Shown: positions 50,838-60,548 of the stretch, in pieces
How the letters are laid out: each line of letters begins with the position of its first letter
How positions within the stretch are numbered: the first letter of the stretch is position 1
NCBI GenBank assembly: GCA_963717145.1
Contig: OY970325.1
Coordinates: forward strand, 2,272,001-2,336,000
Direction of reading: 5' to 3'
Source: an uncultured Armatimonadetes bacterium
GTDB lineage: Bacteria > Armatimonadota > UBA5829 > DTJY01
Length of the DNA stretch: 64,000 nucleotides
Notes under the pieces: model-generated
Seen by the model: only the letters and a program-made list of their open reading frames with translations
Database searches by the model: none
Told to the model about the DNA's origin: nothing
Program-made: the position numbers and the translations under genes

Positions 50838-53483
50838 CTAGACCACTATGTTGACCAGCTTCCCCGGGATGACGATCACCTTCCGGATCGGCTTGCCCTC
50901 CAGGAACGACTGCACACGCTCGCTCTCCATCGCGATCCGTTCCAACTCCTTGGCATCGGTGCCCGCCGGGACTTGGAGGCGATCGCGGACCTTTCCGTTG
51001 ATCTGCAGTATCAGGGTGATCTCCTCCACCTGTGCGATCTCGGGCTCGAAGGACGGCCAGGTCTGCTCGTAGGTCGTGCCGGACTTTCCGAGCCGCTCCC
51101 ACAACTCATCGGCCAGGTGGGGAGTGATCGGGCCGAGCAGCAGGATGAGGCTCTCGATGGCCTCGGACAAGACAGAATGGTTGATGGCGGATGGTTGATG
51201 GTTGATGGCGGACTGGAGGTCGTGCATCGCGTTCAGCATCTCCATCAGGGCGCTGACGGCGGTGTTGAAGTGGAAGCGCTCGATGTCGGCGGTGACCTTC
51301 TCGATGGTCTGGTGAGTCTTCCGGCGCATGTCTCGTTCGGCGGCAGTGAGTTCAGCGCCCTTCAGAGCATCTCGCCAATCGGGATCGAACACGCCGACGT
51401 TGTCGGTCACGAGCCGCCAGACGCGGTTCAGGAATCTGAACGCGCCGTTCATCCCGTCCTCGCTCCACTGAACGGCATCCTCGAACGGAGCGACGAACAA
51501 CTCATAGACACGGAGCGAGTCGGCGCCGATACTTCTCGGCCATCGCGTCGGGCGTGACGACGTTGCGCTTCGACTTGCTCATCTTGACGAACTTCCAGAT
51601 GATCTTGGAAGGGTCGAGCGCCTCGGCCTCCTCGGGCGTCAGCGGGATCAGGTCGCGGTCTTCCTCGTCGATCTCCTCGATCTCTGCGCAGTCACCGGCC
51701 TCCATCGTGCGGTGAGGCGTGTCGGGCGAGCACCATCCCCTGGTTCATGAGCTTCGCGGAACGGCTCGACGAACGGCACATATCCCGCATCGTGGAGCAC
51801 CTTCGTCCAGAATCGCGCATAGAGCAGGTGCATGACCGCGTGCTCCGCGCCGCCGACATAGAGATCGACCGGCAGCCAGTACGCCGCCAGGTCCTTGTCG
51901 AACGCGGCCGTATCCAGGTGCGGGCTGACGTAGCGCAGGAAGTACCAGCTCGAGCACGCGAACCCGCCCATCGTGTCGGTCTCACGCTTCGCCGGACCGC
52001 CGCAGGTCGGGCATGTGACATTCACGAACTCCGGGATGTTGGCGAGCGGCGATTCCCCGCTGCCACTCGGCTCGTAGTTGCTCCACATCGGGCAGCACGA
52101 CCGGCAAGCTGGTCCTCGGGGACCGGCACTTCGCCGCACACGGGGCAGTGGATGATCGGGATCGGCGCGCCCCAGTAGCGCTGGCGGGAGATCAGCCAGT
52201 CGCGCAGTTTGTAGTTGACCGCCGCATTGCCCATGCCTTGCTCCTCGAGCCACTCGGTGACCTTCTTCTTGGCGACTGACCCCGGCGTGCCGGTGAACTC
52301 GCCCGAGTTGATCATGTCGCCGTATTCCGGATGGAACGTGAGCCCGCCCCAGTCCTCCGTCTCATCAGGGACGAAATCAGCGGGAGCGTTGGGATGCTTG
52401 ATCACGGGCACAATCGTGATGCCGAACTTACGCGCGAACGCGAAGTCGCGCTCGTCGTGACCCGGGAACGGCCATGATCGCGCCCGTGCCGTAGCCCATC
52501 ATCACGTAATCGGCGATCCAGATCGGGATCTTGCGCCGTTCACCGGGTTGACGGCATATGCGCCGATGAAGACGCCGGTCTTCTCCTTCTCGGTGGACTG
52601 CCGCTCGATCGCGCTCTCACGCTGGCGAGTCTGTGCAATACGCCTCGACCTCCGCCTTCTTGTCGGTGGACATCAGCTTCTCGACGAGCGGATGCTCCGG
52701 CGCGAGGACCATGAAGGTCGCGCCCCAGAGAGTGTCGGGCCGCGTCGTGTAGACGACGATGTCGTCGCCCTGCTCCGTGCGGAAGGTGACCTCCGCGCCT
52801 TCGCTGCGGCCGATCCAGTTCTTCTGCATCAGCTTGATCGACTCGGGCCAGTCGATGGTGTCGAGGTCGTCGATCAGGCGGTCGGCATAGGCGGTGATCT
52901 TGAAGAACCACTGCGGCAGGTCCTTCTTCTCGATGAACGTGTCGCACCGCCAGCACCGGCCGTCCTTGACCTCCTCGTTCGCCAGCACCGTCGCGCACTG
53001 AGGGCACCAGTTCGCCGGCGCGAGCGATCGGTACGCCAGGCCGCGCTTATAGAGGAGCAGGAATATCCACTGCGTCCACTTGTAGTAGTCGGGCGATGAG
53101 GAGTTGACCTCGCGCGACCAGTCGTAGCCGATGCCGATCAGGTCCATCTGGCGCTTGTAGGTCGCGATGTACTCGGGGACGGTCTTCTTCGGATGGCTCT
53201 TCCGCTTGATCGCTTCGTTCTCGGCGGGCAGGCCGAACGCGTCCCAGCCCATCGGGTGGAGGACGTTGAAGCCGTTCATCCTCCTGAACCGGCAGGCGAC
53301 GTCGGTGGGGATGTAGTTGCGGCAGTGCCCGACGCACAGTCCCGCGCCGCTGGGGTATGGGAAGAAGTCGAGGCCGTAGAACTTCGGCTTGTCGGCACGG
53401 TCCTCGGTCCGGAAGAGATCGGCCTCTTTCCACCGCTTCTGCCATTTCTTCTCGATCGCCTGAAAGTCGTATTTGTCAGCCAT
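50838..53483 (-). CDS. leuS: Leucine--tRNA ligase, split by several frameshifts
   Basis: [41 protein letters not shown] and QINGKVR distributed over several ORF fragments. Confidence 0.95.
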
Positions 53484-53623
53484 GTATCGCACCCTTTGTT
53501 CACCACGGAGAGCACGGAGGGCACGGCGGGCAGAGAATGGGAGAATGGGTGAAAGGACGAGTCCGGAATCCCCGGTTCTCCCACTCTCCCATTCCCCCAT
53601 TCTCCGCTTCCGTGCTCCGTGGT

Positions 53624-54445
53624 TCACTTCCCTCTCGACATCAAGACTACTGATAATATCAGAAACGCGACGAGAACGACTCCAACTATGATTGTGGAGA
53701 GAATCTCCCCGCCCTTGAGCTTTATGTGCTTCGTGTTCGCGCCGATCACCGCTATCGCGATCGGGACGAGGGCCGGGACCGCGCCGAGGGCCTCCACCCT
53801 GATCACCAGAAACATCGTCACGGTGAGCAGGACGTATCCGAGCCAGAACGCCCCGGCGACGTTCATCCGGAATCGGTACATCACCCCGAAGAATAGCGCG
53901 AGGAACACGAAGTCCCCCACCCCGATCATGCTCACGGGCATCGGCTGACCCATGGCCGGCACCTGCACCGCCGCCGCCGCGACCACCTCGGGTTTCCTGG
54001 CCAGCAGTATGGCGAGCGGTCCGAAGTTCACGCTCCAGAAATCGACAATCGCCGCGAAGATCGCCACCGGGAGCAGGATGTTCGGCTCGCGCACGATGAC
54101 ACTCAGCGTGTATCCCAGGCTCACAGCGAAGAACATCAACGCGATGTCCCGCATCGACGCGACGAGAACTGCGAGGATGAGCGGCATCCTGACTGCGCCG
54201 AGTACCATGAACCCGACGACCGCCGCCGCGAACACGGGTATCAGCCATCCGGTGACTCGGGGCCTGATCTGCAAGCCCGACGCGCCGCGTATGATCGCGA
54301 GTTGCAGCAGCATGAACACCGCGACCGACAGCAGGATCAGTAGCGCGGGATGCGCCGTCCGGATTGCCACGGTTTGAGCGGCGACGCGGAGAATCACGTA
54401 TGCCGCAACGACAGCAATCACTCCACGGGCGCTCTCCAACCGCAT
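53624..54445 (-). CDS. Presenilin/SPP-like GxGD intramembrane aspartyl protease (putative)
   Basis: Multi-TM; IVD135FWSV..GPL, GVGD178 and PAL motifs in canonical order. Confidence 0.7.
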   Translation of the reverse strand: MRLESARGVIAVVAAYVILRVAAQTVAIRTAHPALLILLSVAVFMLLQLAIIRGASGLQIRPRVTGWLIPVFAAAVVGFMVLGAVRMPLILAVLVASMRDIALMFFAVSLGYTLSVIVREPNILLPVAIFAAIVDFWSVNFGPLAILLARKPEVVAAAAVQVPAMGQPMPVSMIGVGDFVFLALFFGVMYRFRMNVAGAFWLGYVLLTVTMFLVIRVEALGAVPALVPIAIAVIGANTKHIKLKGGEILSTIIVGVVLVAFLILSVVLMSRGK

Positions 54446-54522
54446 GATCCGCTCCTTCCGGGCCGCCGATACTTTGACAAAGATTATACCACGATGTAGA
54501 ATATCCGGACAAGGACGAACGT

Positions 54523-54626
54523 GTAGGAGGGATTTGTCGGGAGGCCTTGTGCCCGATAATCCCGATTGTCGTGGCGGATCGGATCGGGATTATCGGGCAC
54601 AAGGCCTCCCGACAAATCCCTCCTGC
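54523..54626. repeat. GTAGGAGGG-type palindromic doublet
   Basis: GTAGGAGGGATTTGTCGGGAGGCCTTGTGCCCGATAATCCCGAT and its near-perfect reverse complement. Confidence 0.85.
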
Positions 54627-54683
54627 ATGTCTCGCCATGAGATACGTTCGCCTTGGATAGAGTGATTCTCCCGGAGGTACTCG

Positions 54684-55259
54684 ATGGACTCCCTGCGTAT
54701 ACTTATCGCCGATGACGAATCTATCATCCGACTCGACCTGAAGAAGACCCTGGAAAGCATGGGCCACAAGGTGGTCGCCGAAGCCAGCGACGGCCAGAAG
54801 GCGCTCGAACTCGCGCGCAGTACGCCGATCGACCTCGCGATCCTCGACATCAAGATGCCCGAGATGGACGGCCTCGATGTCGCCAAGGTGCTCACGGAGG
54901 AGAAGATCGCTCCCGTCCTTCTGCTCACGGCCTACAGTCAGCGTGACCTGATCGATCGCGCGAAGGAGGCGGGCGTCTTCGGCTACCTCGTGAAGCCGTT
55001 CAAGGAGGCCGACCTCGTCCCCGCCATCGAGATCGCAATCTCCCGATACCGCGAGATGCAGGAACTCGAGAAGGAACTCGGCGATGTCTCCGAGCAGCTC
55101 GAGACGCGCAAGATCGTCGACCGCGCGAAGGGCATCCTCATGGACAAGCGCGGCATGAGGGAGCACGAGGCGTTCCGCTGGATCCAGGTCCAGAGCATGA
55201 ACAACCGCAAGTCGATGCGCGAAGTCGCCGAAGCGGTGATTCTCACTCAAGATGTCTAG
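54684..55259 (+). CDS. Response regulator with ANTAR output domain (PdtaR/EutV-like)
   Basis: REC (IADDE, LDIKMP, VKP) plus RKIVDRAKGILM...EAFRWIQ..SM. Confidence 0.95.
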   Translation: MDSLRILIADDESIIRLDLKKTLESMGHKVVAEASDGQKALELARSTPIDLAILDIKMPEMDGLDVAKVLTEEKIAPVLLLTAYSQRDLIDRAKEAGVFGYLVKPFKEADLVPAIEIAISRYREMQELEKELGDVSEQLETRKIVDRAKGILMDKRGMREHEAFRWIQVQSMNNRKSMREVAEAVILTQDV

Positions 55260-55301
55260 CTGGGATGCTGGAGTACTGGAGTACTGGCGCGGGCCGGCAA
55301 G

Positions 55302-55505
55302 ATGATCAAGAATGATGAGCAGCTACAGCTAGCCAAACAAGCGGCTAGGAATCTGGAGACTATCCTTGAGGTAGCTCGAAGAACGCACCCTCCCAGGGAG
55401 TACAAGGCCATGTCGGAACCGATACTTCTGGAGCTTCAACAGCGGGAAAGCGAGATTTTGGAGTATCTCAGTTATCCCGAACAGCAGGAAACTGCTGCGG
55501 GATAG
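55302..55505 (+). CDS. Small hypothetical protein
   Basis: 67-aa helical ORF filling the regulator-kinase gap. Confidence 0.55.
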   Translation: MIKNDEQLQLAKQAARNLETILEVARRTHPPREYKAMSEPILLELQQRESEILEYLSYPEQQETAAG

Positions 55506-55508
55506 AGC

Positions 55509-57167
55509 ATGCAGATGGGTGAGGTCGAAGTAGATCAGGGCCAAGTTCACCGGCTGGAGGAAGCGCTGGCCGAGAAGGACATCGAGGTCGAGGCGCTCCG
55601 GAAGCTCGGGCAGGCGATCGGCTCGTCCTTCGACGTCCAGCACATGCTCGACGTCGTGGCTGAGATCGCCATCCAGGTCACGGGTACGGACACCTGCTAC
55701 ATCTATCTCCTCGACGACACCGCCGAGGAACTCGTGCTCCGGTCGGTCAAGGGCGACCCCACGAAGGACATCGTCGGCAAGTGGCGGCTGAAGGTCGGCG
55801 AGGGCATCACCGGTTGGGTCGCTCAGACCCGCCAGCACGTCGCGATCGGCAAGGAGGCATTCCGCGACGAACGGTACAAGGCGTTCGAGACCGAGGACCT
55901 CTTCCAGTCGATGCTGTCCGTTCCGCTCGTGGCGGAAGACCAGCTCATCGGCGTCATCAACATCCGCACCAAGCCGTCCCACGAGTACACCGAGGGCCAG
56001 CGCCGGCTGATGGACCACATCGCCGAGCAGGTGGCAAATGCGCTCCACTCCTCGCAGCTCTACCGCCAGATGCAGGAGCAGGTCTCCCACCTCTCGACGC
56101 TCTCCGAGGTCAGCCGCTCGATCACATCGGGCATGTACCTCGATGAGATCCTCAACCTGATCGTCGCCATGACCGCCGAATCGATGAACTTCAAGATCGT
56201 AACGGTCATGCTCGTCGATGAGGAGAAGCAGGAACTCGTCATCCGCGCGACCCAGAGCAGCAGCCGGGAGTACATCCACAAGCCGAACCTCAAGCTCGGT
56301 GAGAGCCTCGCGGGGAAGGCGATCTCCGAGGGACGGCCGATCACCGTCCTGGATGTGCGCGAGACCCCCGAATACCGCTATCCGGACATCGCGCGCCGCG
56401 AGGGGCTCTGCTCGTTCATCTGCGTGCCGTTGAGGTTCCGCGACAAGATCATCGGCGTGCTCAACTGCTACACTGACAAGCCGCACGTCTTCACGCCCGA
56501 GGAGATCAACGTCCTGTCGGCGCTGGGGAGCCATGCCGCAATCGCCATCGACAACGCCAAGCTGCTCGTCCGATCGGCCATCGTCCAGGAGATGCACCAT
56601 CGGGTGAAGAACAACCTGCAGACGATTGCGAGCCTCCTCCGCCTGCAGATGCACTACTCAAAGTTCGCGTCCGTCGAGCAGGTCCTCCAGGAGAGCATCA
56701 ACCGCATCCTGAGCATTGCCGCGGTACATGAGGTCCTCTCCCAGGAGCAGTTCGATGTCGTAAGCATCAGGACCGTGACGGAGAACATCCTGCAGGCGAC
56801 GTGTCAGAGCCTCCTCTCGCCCGGGAAGACCGTGGAGACCGCCGTTCTCGGCGCGGACATCGCTCTTCCGCCCTCGAAGGCAACTTCGGTCGCCCTCATC
56901 CTGAACGAGTTGATCCAGAATGCCGTGGAGCACGGGTTCAAGGAGATCGAGACGGGGAGCATCGAAGTGAGCATCGAGGAAGTCGACCGCGAGATCAAGC
57001 TGACGGTCACGAATGACGGCACGCCACTTCCCGAGGGCTTCGATCTGCACAAGAACCGCAACCTCGGCCTCCAGATCGTCGAGAACCTCGTCCGCGACGA
57101 TCTCCACGGCCGCTTCTCGCTCTCCAACAGCGACCGCATCCGCGCGACGGTCGTCTTCCCCAAGTAG
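55509..57167 (+). CDS. Soluble GAF-GAF HisKA_2 histidine kinase (PdtaS/EutW-like)
   Basis: Two GAF domains; EMHHRVKNNLQ; NELIQNAVEHG; LGLQIV. Confidence 0.93.
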   Translation: MQMGEVEVDQGQVHRLEEALAEKDIEVEALRKLGQAIGSSFDVQHMLDVVAEIAIQVTGTDTCYIYLLDDTAEELVLRSVKGDPTKDIVGKWRLKVGEGITGWVAQTRQHVAIGKEAFRDERYKAFETEDLFQSMLSVPLVAEDQLIGVINIRTKPSHEYTEGQRRLMDHIAEQVANALHSSQLYRQMQEQVSHLSTLSEVSRSITSGMYLDEILNLIVAMTAESMNFKIVTVMLVDEEKQELVIRATQSSSREYIHKPNLKLGESLAGKAISEGRPITVLDVRETPEYRYPDIARREGLCSFICVPLRFRDKIIGVLNCYTDKPHVFTPEEINVLSALGSHAAIAIDNAKLLVRSAIVQEMHHRVKNNLQTIASLLRLQMHYSKFASVEQVLQESINRILSIAAVHEVLSQEQFDVVSIRTVTENILQATCQSLLSPGKTVETAVLGADIALPPSKATSVALILNELIQNAVEHGFKEIETGSIEVSIEEVDREIKLTVTNDGTPLPEGFDLHKNRNLGLQIVENLVRDDLHGRFSLSNSDRIRATVVFPK

Positions 57168-57233
57168 GTTTCCCCTCGTCACGCCACGGGAATGTGGTCG
57201 ATGCAACTGCTGATTCCAGAGGGGGGACTCATC

Positions 57234-57623
57234 ATGGCGATTCAAGACGTGATCAAGTCGGTCAGCGACAACGTCGGCCACGTGGCGACTGTCAACACCG
57301 TGTTCGGCGAGGCGAGAGTGATGGACCACCGGGCGCTCATCCCCGTCGCGCTCGTCACAGGCGGATTCGGGGCGGGCGGCGGCGAAGGAAAGCGTCCGGC
57401 CCAGGAAGAGGGCAAGCGCCAGGAAGGCTCAGGAGGCGGGGGTGGCGGCGGATTCATCGTTCGCCCGCTCGCGGTCCTCGAAGTTTCGGAGAACCAGACC
57501 CGGTTGATCCCGATCCTCGACATGACGAAGATCATCCTGGCCGGGTTCGGAATCCTCGGGGCGGGGCTCTTCGTGCTCGGACGCTCGATGGGCAAGTCCG
57601 AGCGCAAGCATCACGGTCACTGA
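57234..57623 (+). CDS. GerW/YtfJ family protein
   Basis: TVFGE, LIPV, GFGAGGG, GGGGGG..RPLAVL. Confidence 0.85.
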   Translation: MAIQDVIKSVSDNVGHVATVNTVFGEARVMDHRALIPVALVTGGFGAGGGEGKRPAQEEGKRQEGSGGGGGGGFIVRPLAVLEVSENQTRLIPILDMTKIILAGFGILGAGLFVLGRSMGKSERKHHGH

Positions 57624-57637
57624 ATGGGCCTCATCGG

Positions 57638-60466
57638 TCACATAGGTCCCATAAGTCCCATAGGCCCTATCCGGTCCCCGAACGCCCGATACACGCGCAC
57701 GTCCGCGGACTGAGAGAGCGGCTTGCCGTCGAGACTGCGCGCGGTCATCATCGTCGGCTGATCGAGCTTCCGTCCGGCATGCTCCGTCGCGTAGAAGGCG
57801 ACGTATGTCGGGCTCTCGATGAGGAAGCCGTACTTCGGAAGGACCGCGTTCTTCGTCCGATAGGGCTGATCGCCGTAGTTGACGGTGACCATCACGTCCC
57901 CGAACCGCGTGCGCTCGACCGAGCGGTCCGGCGTGAGGAACTCGTGGCTCGTCATCGTGGTGAACGCAGTCAGTCGGGCGAGCGGTGAGAGCACCTCGTA
58001 CGTGTTCTTGATGAAGCGGTCGGTCTCATTGAGCGGCGACGACTCGAGGTCGGCGAAGGAGAAGCCCTCGACGTTCCCTGCCCCGGCCTGCTCGAAGTAG
58101 AGGTGCGCCCCGAACTGGTAGACCGGCATCTCGGCGTACAGGATGTGATCGAGGACGTACTCCGGTCGGGACGCGCTCGCCCGGTCGCCTTGATGCGTGT
58201 ACAGGTTGATGCAGTCGCCGTAGACCATCTCGAACAGCGGGATGACGATCTCGCGCTCGGGGCGCTGAGTCTTGTGGCTCAGGATTCCCTCGAAGTAGTC
58301 CGCGCACGGAACCGCCCACTCCTGGCCCTCCTCGCTGCCGAGGAGGCCGAACGTCTCGCGCGCGTAGTTGCTCAATGCCGTCTTCCAGCGCATGTCATCG
58401 GTCCGGCTGATCGGATGATCCTCTGAGAAGCACTCCTGCAAGCCCGCCGCGAAGGTCGTGTCGATGAAGTAGATCGTCGGGTCGAAGAGCCGCTTCACCT
58501 CGGGCAGGTTCTGATCCCTCTTCGCCAGTTCGAGCGCCTTCTTCGAGCACGTCACATACGCCTGACCGCCGGCCCAGACGCCGCCCATCGCCGGCGAGCC
58601 GTCCACGTGCTTCATGAGGAAGCTCTCGTCCCACGAGGGGGCGTCCTTGTACATGTCCTGGTAGTTGTCGTGCAGGCCGAAGAGGTAGTCCAATGCTTTG
58701 ACCCTCTTCCCGCAGTCGATCAGGCCGTCGTTCCCGCCGCATTCGGGAGCGGCGGGGAGGATGTCGGGGTGCTGGTTGTCGTACCCGCGATGGATCCATC
58801 CCGCGAGAACCATCATCGCCTTGTCGATGCCAACATCAGCCCTCAGATGCTCGGCGATCCGGGCGCATTCCTCGAAGGTGTAGCCGAAGTCGACGCGATC
58901 CTCGGTCGACTGATTCCACCTTGTGCCGGCGAGTCGTCGGGAGAGCACGAACGGCTTGAAGTCTGCCGCGCCGATGATCTTCTCCACCTGCGGCCTGGCC
59001 TCGATCTTGTCCTGCAGGGTCGAGAGGAAGCCCTTCTCCTTCGCGGCGTCGCGGTACGCGTGGGCGATCTCGGAGTATCCACCCTTGCCCAGCGGCCTCA
59101 GGACGAACGATCGCGCGGTTCGCTGCAGTTCCAGCGAGACGGAGACCATCCCGTGGCCGGGGACGTTCGGCATGTCGGGCCACGAGCGCTCGACCTCCAG
59201 GTCCGCGTACGGATCGTCCCACCAGACGAGCATCGCCGAGCCGTTCTTGACGACGCCCGCCATCGCCATGGAGTACGATCGGAAGTTGCTGTAGGCGGTA
59301 TAGCGGTTGAGAGTGGTAAGCCCTTCGCCCGCGGGGATCATCAGTCCGAGGCGGTACGGGACCGCGAGGTATCCGCCCTCGGTGTCGGTCGCCCAGAGCG
59401 ACTTGTCGAGCAGTCGGACCGCCTCCACCTTCCACTCGCCCAGTACGTCCGTAGGGGAGGCCTTCAACGGCCTCCCGTCCTCGGGCAACGGCCTCCCGTC
59501 CTGGGCGACCGTTGAAGGATCGCCCCTACCATCCACTGCGTAGCTGAACTTCAATCCCTTCCCATCCGGGAGCAACTCGATCCAGACCCCGATCGTCGCG
59601 CCCGGATCACCCTCACCCCAACCCTCTCCCTCAGAGGGCGAGGGAGCACCAGACCCCCTCGCCCTCTGAGGGAGAGGGTTGGGGTGAGGGTGGTCCGACG
59701 CCGGCCTGCAGACGACGTTGATCCGCCTGCCACCCGTCGCCAGCATCTCGACGACCGCCAGCCGCGCGACGACGGTCCGCTCCCCGTTCGAGAGGCGCAC
59801 TTCCCCGAGGCCCTCATGCGCCGGGTTCGAATGCCAGACCTCGTCGGAGCGCTTGTCCCTGAGCCTCCACGTGCCCTTGCTCCGTGATATCGCGAACCGG
59901 AGCGTCTCATCCTCGATCACGACCGAATCCGCGATCCCCGACCTGAGCGCCTCGGACCGGCGGCTGACTTCCTCGGCGGTCATCTTCGGGGGCACGGCTA
60001 CGAGGTCCGGAGCGCCCTTCGAGACCTCGATCTCCGCGGGGTACTGGTCGCAGAACCGGCCTCTATCGTTGTAGATCCCGATGTGCAGGAAGTACTTCCC
60101 TTCCGCGATGCCCTGAGGGAAGTCGAGCGAGTACGCGCCATCCACGATCTCCATCCCCGCCTCCCACGCGCTGGTCGGAATCGCGGGCATGTGGTCCGCC
60201 TGAAAAACGATGTGGCGGCAATCCTTGTCGGGATGCTCCAGGTGTACGAAGATGTAGCAGTCCCCCGGCGACGGAGCGTTCCCCTCGTTGCGGAACTTCA
60301 ACGTGAGCGCGACTTCCCCGCCCGGCCTCACTTCCTGTGCGCTCAGTTGCGCTTCGATGCATACCGGCTTGAACAACGGCGTCGTCTCCTCCCCATGCGC
60401 CCGATCCGGCATCGCGCCGATCAGGGCAAGGTATGTGGCAAGCAGGACCAGGTGCGATAGTCTCAT
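57638..60466 (-). CDS. Secreted DUF5696/GH129-like glycoside hydrolase
   Basis: GYDNQHPD, LHDNYQDMY.DAPSW, YFIDT, GSEEG, IPLFEMVY.DC. Confidence 0.65.
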   Translation of the reverse strand: MRLSHLVLLATYLALIGAMPDRAHGEETTPLFKPVCIEAQLSAQEVRPGGEVALTLKFRNEGNAPSPGDCYIFVHLEHPDKDCRHIVFQADHMPAIPTSAWEAGMEIVDGAYSLDFPQGIAEGKYFLHIGIYNDRGRFCDQYPAEIEVSKGAPDLVAVPPKMTAEEVSRRSEALRSGIADSVVIEDETLRFAISRSKGTWRLRDKRSDEVWHSNPAHEGLGEVRLSNGERTVVARLAVVEMLATGGRRINVVCRPASDHPHPNPLPQRARGSGAPSPSEGEGWGEGDPGATIGVWIELLPDGKGLKFSYAVDGRGDPSTVAQDGRPLPEDGRPLKASPTDVLGEWKVEAVRLLDKSLWATDTEGGYLAVPYRLGLMIPAGEGLTTLNRYTAYSNFRSYSMAMAGVVKNGSAMLVWWDDPYADLEVERSWPDMPNVPGHGMVSVSLELQRTARSFVLRPLGKGGYSEIAHAYRDAAKEKGFLSTLQDKIEARPQVEKIIGAADFKPFVLSRRLAGTRWNQSTEDRVDFGYTFEECARIAEHLRADVGIDKAMMVLAGWIHRGYDNQHPDILPAAPECGGNDGLIDCGKRVKALDYLFGLHDNYQDMYKDAPSWDESFLMKHVDGSPAMGGVWAGGQAYVTCSKKALELAKRDQNLPEVKRLFDPTIYFIDTTFAAGLQECFSEDHPISRTDDMRWKTALSNYARETFGLLGSEEGQEWAVPCADYFEGILSHKTQRPEREIVIPLFEMVYGDCINLYTHQGDRASASRPEYVLDHILYAEMPVYQFGAHLYFEQAGAGNVEGFSFADLESSPLNETDRFIKNTYEVLSPLARLTAFTTMTSHEFLTPDRSVERTRFGDVMVTVNYGDQPYRTKNAVLPKYGFLIESPTYVAFYATEHAGRKLDQPTMMTARSLDGKPLSQSADVRVYRAFGDRIGPMGLMGPM
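59451..59529. repeat. GTAG REP doublet in frame within a CDS
   Basis: Same units as the intergenic REPs. Confidence 0.88.
59609..59691. repeat. CCCTCACCCC-type palindrome in frame within a CDS
   Basis: ACCCTCACCCCAACCCTCTCCCTCAGAGGGCGAGGG and its reverse complement. Confidence 0.88.
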
Positions 60467-60548
60467 GTGATCTCCCTACCTGACTATTCGGCGGACCGCG
60501 CGCATCTCCCTGTAGTCAATCTGCCGGAGAAATGGTATACTTCGCACT

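Noticed and set aside
50838-53483. leuS and rpsA as true pseudogenes or programmed frameshifts
   Set aside because: Essential genes with intact motifs; scattered indels are typical of long-read error.
52617-55250. 877-aa ORF as a single fusion protein
   Set aside because: Chance joining of the antisense strand of the ANTAR gene, an off-frame region and the true leuS N-terminus starting at 53483.
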